From Nymphaea colorata (lineage: Eukaryota): a stretch of 64,000 nt of DNA. Each line of letters starts with the position of its first letter. Position 1 is the first letter of the stretch. The notes under the pieces are model-generated. The model worked only from the letters and a program-made list of their open reading frames with translations. It was not told the DNA's origin and searched no databases. The translations under genes and the position numbers were made by a program. Shown here piece by piece: positions 56,407 to 64,000 of this stretch. The DNA lies in contig NC_045138.2 of assembly GCF_008831285.2 (NCBI RefSeq), positions 7,068,001 through 7,132,000 on the forward strand, in the 5' to 3' direction.

Positions 56407-56621
56407 GATCGACGAACTTTATGGTGAGATAATTTTGAATGTTATTTGATGGAAGGTACTTATGAGTGAAACAAATAATTCGTGGGATAATGTTAAAATG
56501 TTATTTGATCAATTAACTTTTTGCATTGCGGACGGCACAATGCGTGAAATCTCTACACCATTGGATGGCGACAAACAAGAGATTAAGTTCCTTTATAAGG
56601 AAATGAAGTATCCCAAAGAAC

Positions 56622-58776
56622 ATGCTCTTTTTTATAGGGATGAAGTTTGATATGGAGAATACCGAAGAACGTGGTCACACTATAGGATTAAAATTTCTTA
56701 TTGTAGGCATGGAGTTCGAGATAGAGGATCTAGAGGAACATGCTCCTATTGTAGGAGTGGAGTTTGATAAGGAGGACATAGCATACAGTTTCAACAATTA
56801 TTATGCTTTTCACATAGGGCATGGTTATGTCAAGGTCATATGTTTGTTCAAAATAAGGATGAAAGTAACCAAGCACAAGATTGATACAAAGTGTGATTGT
56901 GTTTCTAATTTGGAACTAGGAAAGAGTTTGAATGGAAAATATTGTATTTGCACAGTGACGATTGAACACAACCATCTGTTCGAAGATTGCCGCACGAGCT
57001 GAATGTTGAGGTCGCATTGTAAATTGTCATCGTCACATGCTGAAATAAGTAAGTTGGTTGATGGTGCAGGTATTACACCAAGGTGGTCATAAGAATGTTT
57101 CATTTACATGCATGGATCATAGAAATCACTTGAGGAGAAAGAGGATAGAAACAATGAAAGGAGGAAAAATTATAGCATTGGTCGAATCTATTTAGAAAAC
57201 GTTAAGCAAATGCACATGCTTCTACAACACCATTCAGATGGACGTGGATGGTTATGCTACAAATATCTTCTGGGCATATTTGATGTCGAGGTTAGATTAT
57301 AGATGCTTCAGCGATGTGCTTATTTTTGACACAACCGTGAAGGTTAATACCCATGGGTGGCCTTTTCCTCAGTTTATGAGGGTGAAGCATCACTCGAAAA
57401 GTTGCATTTTCGATGGTGCAGACTACTGAGATATTTATGTGATTGTTCAATATCAAGGCCATGAATAGGAAGCACCCTAAAGTCGTACTAATGTTGATAA
57501 TAGTGCAATAGCAGTTGTAGTGACCCTCGTATGGCTAGAACCACATCATCATTTTTTGTTTGTGACATATATTGCAAAATGCAATGAATAACATAAGATA
57601 CGTAATGAATCTAAATAATGGCTTTAAGGAGAGTTTTACAACTTGTGACCTTAAGTGTGAAGATGGTGAACATTTGAATGTATGTGGAAACAAATGATTG
57701 AAGCATATAACTTACAAGAAAATACGTGGCTTCAAAAATTATATAAGGACAAAGAAAAGTGGGCATTGACATATAGAAGACAATACTTATGTGCATGCAT
57801 GACAAGCACGCAGATAATAGAGATCATGCACGCTGCACTGAAAAGGGGATTGTACTCTTGCTTACAAATATCTTGATTCATGAAACACTACGACATATTT
57901 TTGAATGGTCTTAGGGACTATGAACTTGAATAAATGTCAAAGTATTTGTATGTCGGCCTCAAAGTCTAGGTATGAATATCCTTGACCGTGCTACAACTTT
58001 GTACACACCAACTGCATTTGAATGGTTTAAGAAAGAGACCATTTAAGCGACTAACTTTGACATAGAATTACATGTACAACAAATTTGCCGCATATATCTT
58101 GTGATGAAAAGGAGGAGAGATTTGACTAAGATCAATGATGCGTTCGTGACCTACAACATTGAAACCAGTGATATCAAATGTTATTGCAAGCAATTTGAAT
58201 TTAAAGGTATTTTGTGTTACATGATTTAAAAGCTCTCAATCGAGAGAACATTCAGGAACTACTAAAGAGATACATCCTAGGTAGATGGACTAAACATTTA
58301 AAGATAGAGTTAATGAAGATTTCTCCAGAAATTCCTTCCTTTGATGGTAGTATATTGCAGACCTGGCAATAAGAAACAACCATACTTATGAATACATGAT
58401 GCAGTTGGAGAACATAGTTGTAGACAATGTTTCAAATCTATGCTGTGATAGCAAGGCGACAATGAAAAGCCAGCTTGAAGCAGTAGGTCCCATCACCCTA
58501 GACCCTTCAAAGAAGAAGAAGAAGAAGAAGAAGAACCATGTTTCTACTAATATGGTGTTTGATGATTTCAAGAGGACGCTAGATCGGAGTTTGCATAGGA
58601 TAAAAAGTGCTTTATATGACAGAGGTAGGAGTAGGAAAATCAAACAAAAAAATCATCCTCAAAAAGTTGATTATGTTTCACATACTAACGGTGCAATTAA
58701 GACCTGCATGTCGTCTACATTTATACATTTATGCAAGATGTATATGATCAAAACAGTTTTACAGAACTCTTGGTAA
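56622..58776 (+). pseudogene. FAR1/FHY3-type Mutator transposase pseudogene (many stops and frameshifts)
   Basis: VGVEFDKEDIAYSFNNYYA..G, KCDC and EHNH (FAR1 domain); NIFWAYLMSRLDY..FSDVLIFDTT...PF..F..VKHH (MULE domain); WLQKLYKDKEKWA; SWIM-like CYCKQFEFKGILC (~58180-58220); YILGRWTK. Confidence 0.92.
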
Positions 58777-59583
58777 GTTTTATATATTATACATATTTTG
58801 TATGTTTGAACTTTAAGTAGATTTTGACAATCGATTTTGTTTAATTGTTGCAGTACCGTATGGATTCAATTCGTCTTTCTCAATAGTAGTCAGCACTCGC
58901 AATAATACACTAAACGATTTTGTAACAGCCATTCAGATAGAGACGAAATAATGTGATAACTAACAAAGAAACCTGGTTATATGCTAAGGGCAGGAATAGA
59001 CACAACAATTCACACAATGACAAGAGTGAATGAGATAACAACGAGTCTACCATAACGAGATAATGCGATAATGACACGAAGGGCATGAATGAATACATGA
59101 GAATGAGATAGCAACGCATTAGCCAAAAAGACGATAAGTATACAAAGACAAATTAATGTGATAACGATAAGAATGGATGGAATGGATACGACAATGCACA
59201 CAATGATGAGCGAATGAGATAACAACAAAAGGTGATAAGTAAATGGACACCCAAAAATATGAGAAATTAACATAACAAAATAATAAGATAATAACGAGTC
59301 TACCATAACGAGAGAATGCGATAACAACAAGAAGGACATAAATGAACCCGACAAGGCATACAATGATGAGAGAATGAGATAACATTAGAAGACGATAAGT
59401 AAATGGACACCAAAAAATGCAATAAATAAGATAATGACAGGAATGACAAGAATTAATGCATTAGACGAATTAATGTGATAATTAAATAAGAAAATGAGAT
59501 AATCACATTTACAAATGCATTAATTAAAAGAAATGGTTACAAGGACGTGATATTAATAGAAATGGTTGCAAACATGATATTAT

Positions 59584-59813
59584 TCAAATTTCAGTACATT
59601 TACTTATTTGAAGCAAGTTTCCAAAAGATCTTCTAATGCTATTGACAACATAAGCTTGGGTGAAGCTAGGTTTCTTTCTAGATGCTATTTCCTGCAATTA
59701 TTTCATCACGACATACTACAATCATAGTTGTTTCTTTGTTATGGACATTTTATTGGTAAAAGTTTGTAGTTCTCCAACGTGTTGATGTAGAAGACACGTC
59801 ATGGGAAATATTT
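59584..59813 (-). pseudogene. C-terminal exon of a Ulp1/C48 peptidase pseudogene convergent with the transposase
   Basis: After TTTTGTAG acceptor: LLPIKCP*QRNNYDCSM/VMK*LQEIASRKKPSFTQAYVVNSIRRSFGNLL (one frameshift), matching the PQQxNxxDCGxFVxKY...FTQ pattern. Confidence 0.75.
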
Positions 59814-61510
59814 CTACAAAAGCACCAAAATATCTTAAGGAAATAAAAAGAAGTTATCTTAACAACAATTTAGGTTAAATTACATATCAATCTATAGAGG
59901 TATTCTGCAACTTGGTAGTCATGGGACATTGTTTTTCAACAAAAGTTTTTTGTTCCCTGCATGTGAAACAATGGGAACACAGGCCCCATTATTAGGGCTG
60001 AGCATTGCCTAGTTAGGGCCGGGCTGGGGTTTGGCATTTAGTCCAGTCCAAGCTCATGATCTAAAATCTAAACTCTAAACGAAATCACATATTCAAGATC
60101 CTACTCAAGCTACCTAGTCATGTTTGTTCTTTGACTTCGACTTGAACCAATAGCAGAGACAAAAATTTTGGCCGTAGGGGTTCTAATCCAAAACTTTCAT
60201 GCTTGGAGGGGCACAAATATTTATAAATAATCAAATATTTGAATGCAACAACATGAAAATACATGTACTTTGTAGGGCAGGTGTAGACAATTGCGAACAT
60301 CAGACAACATGTGGCTCCACCATTGGCTTGAACCTTTCGACTAACCCAAATGAATGTAGATTCGTTATTTTTTTAAAAACTAATATAGTGATAATATTAT
60401 TTTAATAAATAAAAATTATCATATGGACTAGGCTGGGTTGGGGAATCAAGGATATAGCATACCTGGTCAGTAGGTAGTTACTATGCTTATTCCAATGGAT
60501 GTTATGCTCTTAAAGCTTTTTATATGTAAAGACACAATCCTGACATAGCCTTAAACCTTGGAGTCAAGGGGAAGGAGGCTTTTGGCCATAGTCTAGGCGG
60601 CCTATAGTTCAGGTGGCTTCAATGATCCATGATTCATTTTGTTCTTTTAAGACCAACTCTAGCTTTGGTCGAGTTTCGTTGGGCCCTATCAAGGTCAGTC
60701 CAAGTTCGGACAGGCCAAACTTGGGCTCGAACCCGAGCAGGTTTCAGCCCTAACTCCGTTTCAAAATTGCCTTGACAAGAGGTTGAAGCGAGAAAAGTGT
60801 GAGACTCACTTTTCATTTAAACAACTTTAATTAGGGCCGCACAACTATGGAGTATGGAGCCAGCTTGAGCTCCATTCCAATTCGTTCTTCAAAGCTCAAC
60901 TCCAGCTCCATTCGTTTATGTCAAGTCCGTTCGACTATAAGAACTTGATTCTTTCAAACTTAACTCTGCTTAAATACATAATGAATGTTGAATTATAATG
61001 AAAGAATAGTTAAATGAGTAACAACTAAATGAGGTGAAACAAGATATGTTTAACAAAAACGAGTTAAAATGAGTTGAGTTTGAACTCGACGGTTTATTTA
61101 TGAGTTGGGTTCAACTAGGATGATGTCTGCTTAATTTAGTGGTTGAAAACTTATGAAAACAATTATGTTGTTTGTTCCACTTGTAAAAGAAAATTTGCCA
61201 CTTCGGTAGATGGGAACGCTAAATCCCTGGAAAAATGACGTTTCGAGGGGAGAGGGCCTGCTGAACAAGCAAGTTGGGAGCCTGCGAGATTCTCTCTCCA
61301 AGGAGGGGCAGCCGCAGCTTCAGCGTCATTCCGACCGAACGACTCCTCTTCCGCCAGAATCTGAGTTGTCCAAATTCATCTCTCTCTCTTTCCCCATTTT
61401 GAATACGCACGCACAGCCTCTCTCCTTTTCATGACTTTTTCTCTCTTCTGCTCCTCCTCCTTTCCTTCCTACCTTTCCCTTCTCGTCATCATCATCTGAC
61501 TCCATCTCTG

Positions 61511-63390
61511 ATGGCCTCCCTCTACAACTCTTCTCTTTCTGCTAATCACTCCGCCTTAAGAAGTGTGAGCCTCCCTCCCTCCCTCCCCCTCCCTCCCCCC
61601 CCCTCTCTCTCTCTCTCTCACACACACACATACACACACACACACACACACGCACGCACGCACACGCACACACACTGGCTCTGTCTCTCGCTGCGAATTG
61701 GGTTTGTCGTATATCGTGATTTTCCTATTGCATTTTGGGTTCAGGGTTGGAACTACTCTGGACGAGTCAAAGCTTTCAGGCGGAGCTCCAAGCTGCCGCT
61801 CTTTGGGTGGCGGAATCTCGAGAGTCAGAAACTGAGTAGAGGACGTGACATCGCCATGGAAGCGGTGGTCGATGGTGCCACAGAGTGCCTGGATGATTCG
61901 TTGAGGCCTCGAATTGGTTAGTATAAAAGATATGAAATTTCCGCACGGTTGCTTATTTTTTGGTCTGGCTTTTATTGTTAATGCTTTTCTTTTTTTTAAT
62001 TTTATTCTTGTTACGTCCTGCCGTTGGGGGATGAGACGTTTATGGGCAGTCTGGTTTCGCGGTGATTTTAGGTTTGGAGGAGAAGGAGCCAAGTGTCTCG
62101 ACGATCCTGACGAACTTCTCGTGTTCGTTTGATCCATATGATGCGCTTAGCACTCCTTTGTACCAGACCGCTACTTTTAAGCAAGTAATTCCCACTGCAG
62201 AATTCTGTATTTTCTTTTTGTAGAATTACATTTTTCTGGACATCGACCTTAGATTTTCGACCGTGAATCATTGAAAATGCTGATTACTTGGTTATGGTGC
62301 TAAACGATCAAAATGCCATTTTCCCTTGTTTGTCTATATTCTTGTTCTTGTATTTCTAATTCTTTGTTTATCAACATAGAAACTTGTTTCCTACTCTTCC
62401 CTTGTTTGACTTTAGTTCGCATCAACGTCATTGTTGGTAATTAAGTATACTTCTCGGTTAAGGGTCTGGCCTGGTGATATGATCCCTTTACTTTGTACCA
62501 AATATGAGCAAAATTCAAATGCACTGCAGCAAAACGAGCTGAAACTAGGGTGTGAATGAAAAGTGGGCTCAAGTATCCTGTATTCTGGTTCTATTGTTTG
62601 TGATTGCTGGTTGAAATCTTGGTGCTATGCCATGGAAATTGATCTCTATTTGGATAATGGTTCTTCCATGTTTTAAACTTGCTTCCATATAAATACAAAC
62701 ATGATGCCAACTTTTAAAAGCAGGGGGGGGTGGGGGGGTTTGACCATGAGCTGTTGGGTAAAGATCTTTTCATTTTTGTTCAACTCAGCCATCTGCAGTA
62801 GAGAATGGACCTTATGATTATACCAGAAGCGGTAACCCAACTCGAGACACACTGGAATCGTGAGTTTCATTAGCCACTGTTTTCTTGGTTGCAGATTTTT
62901 ATCTTATTACTGTGACTAACGCTTTGTGACTATCAGGCTTTTGGCAAAGCTCGAGAAAGCTGATCGTGCATTTTGTTTCACAAGTGGGATGGCTGCTTTG
63001 GCTGCTGTCACACATCTTGTTGAAGCTGGTAGGCGCGCTCTGTTAGCATGGATTCCCTTTCATCCATGCCACATTTTTCTTACTGTTTATTTGCCTGCCA
63101 AATGTAGGTCAGGAGATTGTAACTGGATCTGATATGTATGGTGGCTCTGATAGGTTGCTTTCAAGAGTTATTCCTAAAAGAGGAATAATGGTTAGGTTAG
63201 TCTCATCTCTTTTTCTGTATTTCTGATAATGTATGCACATGCTTAAGCTGTACTACTTTCTAACACTATATGACACAGACGGATTGACACAAAGGATCTG
63301 GATGAGGTTGCTTCTGCAATTGGCCCAAAGACTAAGATTGTATGGCTGGAAAGCCCAACAAATCCACGTCAACAAATTTCTGATATAAGG
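61511..63390 (+). CDS. CBL: Cystathionine beta-lyase, chloroplastic; exons 61511-61564, 61745-61916, 62072-62184, 62789-62859, 62937-63028, 63108-63195, 63279-63390; continues beyond the window
   Basis: Spliced frame gives a Ser-rich transit peptide, then EPSVSTIL..FDPYDALSTPLYQTATFKQ|PSAVENGPYDYTRSGNPTRDTLES|LLAKLEKADRAFCFTSGMAALAAVTHLV|..YGGSDRLLSRVIP|..VWLESPTNPRQQISDIR; phases are consistent at all junctions. Confidence 0.96.
61570..61675. repeat. Compound (CCCT)n/(CT)n/(CA)n/(CACG)n microsatellite in CBL intron 1
   Basis: Direct reading. Confidence 0.95.
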
Positions 63391-64000
63391 GCAAGTTTTT
63401 GTCTTCTTAATGGTTTAGTAGTAAATGATAATGCCGTCTTGCTGCTTGTAATTTTTCCACAGTAGTGACTTATGTTGTGCCTGTAAAAAGTCTTGAGATT
63501 CATGCCAGACTTATGTTTTCATACTTCAACAATAATCAGTTGGAAGAACGGTGAGGATTGACTGCTCGGATCTAAATGTACGATCACCTCTCTTTCAAGT
63601 GACAAAATTGTGGTCCTTCTATTTTACGAGTTGGTCTAAATTTTCTATTTCTTCTAGTTAACTGTAGGAATTTGGAGTTGCATATATATTCTTTTATAAG
63701 TTGTTTTATTTCATAGTTGTGCATTGATTTTTATTGCTCTACAAGGGAATGTGTTCGTTTGTAGGTTGTGGCATTTTGATCGGCATAGTAAGCTTCCTGA
63801 GAGCAGTGAGTAGCCTCACCTTAGCCCTAGATATAACGTTTGTAGGTTGCTTTTAATACGTAGAGTCATACAATCATATCAACACAACTCAGTCTGATGG
63901 CTTTCATGTTACCATAAGAGGTCGTTTGATAATTGTCTCATTAGATAGAACGGATAGGACGTCTTGTCCACCACACCACTGTCCTGTCTGTCTTGTCAAT

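Noticed and set aside
61210..61434. 74-aa ATG ORF upstream of CBL (possible uORF)
   Set aside because: No recognisable motif, and it probably begins upstream of the CT-rich leader; cannot be supported without TSS data

Overview
AT-rich, microsatellite-rich plant (angiosperm) nuclear DNA; the species cannot be established from sequence alone. Three host genes are supported. (1) The last two coding exons of an RNase H1-family gene (143-444, +). (2) An intronless DUF688-family gene (41278-41877, -). (3) The first seven exons of a plastid cystathionine beta-lyase (61511-63390, +, continues past the window), with a GC donor after exon 7 and a stop-free 180-nt first intron. The ~40 kb between genes 1 and 2 holds no gene I can recognise. 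It is built from tandem duplications: a ~1.8-2.1 kb pair at 4.6-8.5 kb, an old ~10 kb duplication, and a younger 8-9 kb duplication joined at a 6-bp microhomology. These are littered with hAT- and CACTA-type MITEs, tRNA-derived SINEs, a TRIM, a LINE-like fragment and solo-LTR-like pieces, several with an empty site visible in a sister copy. At 51.6-59.8 kb lies a decayed Mutator-like complex: a FAR1-type transposase pseudogene, Ulp1 (C48 peptidase) remnants on both sides, and a near-perfect 135-bp inverted repeat, which is the best candidate for something functional and undescribed (hairpin/siRNA source). All calls come from reading by eye; no searches or folding were run, and I cannot claim a new system is demonstrated.
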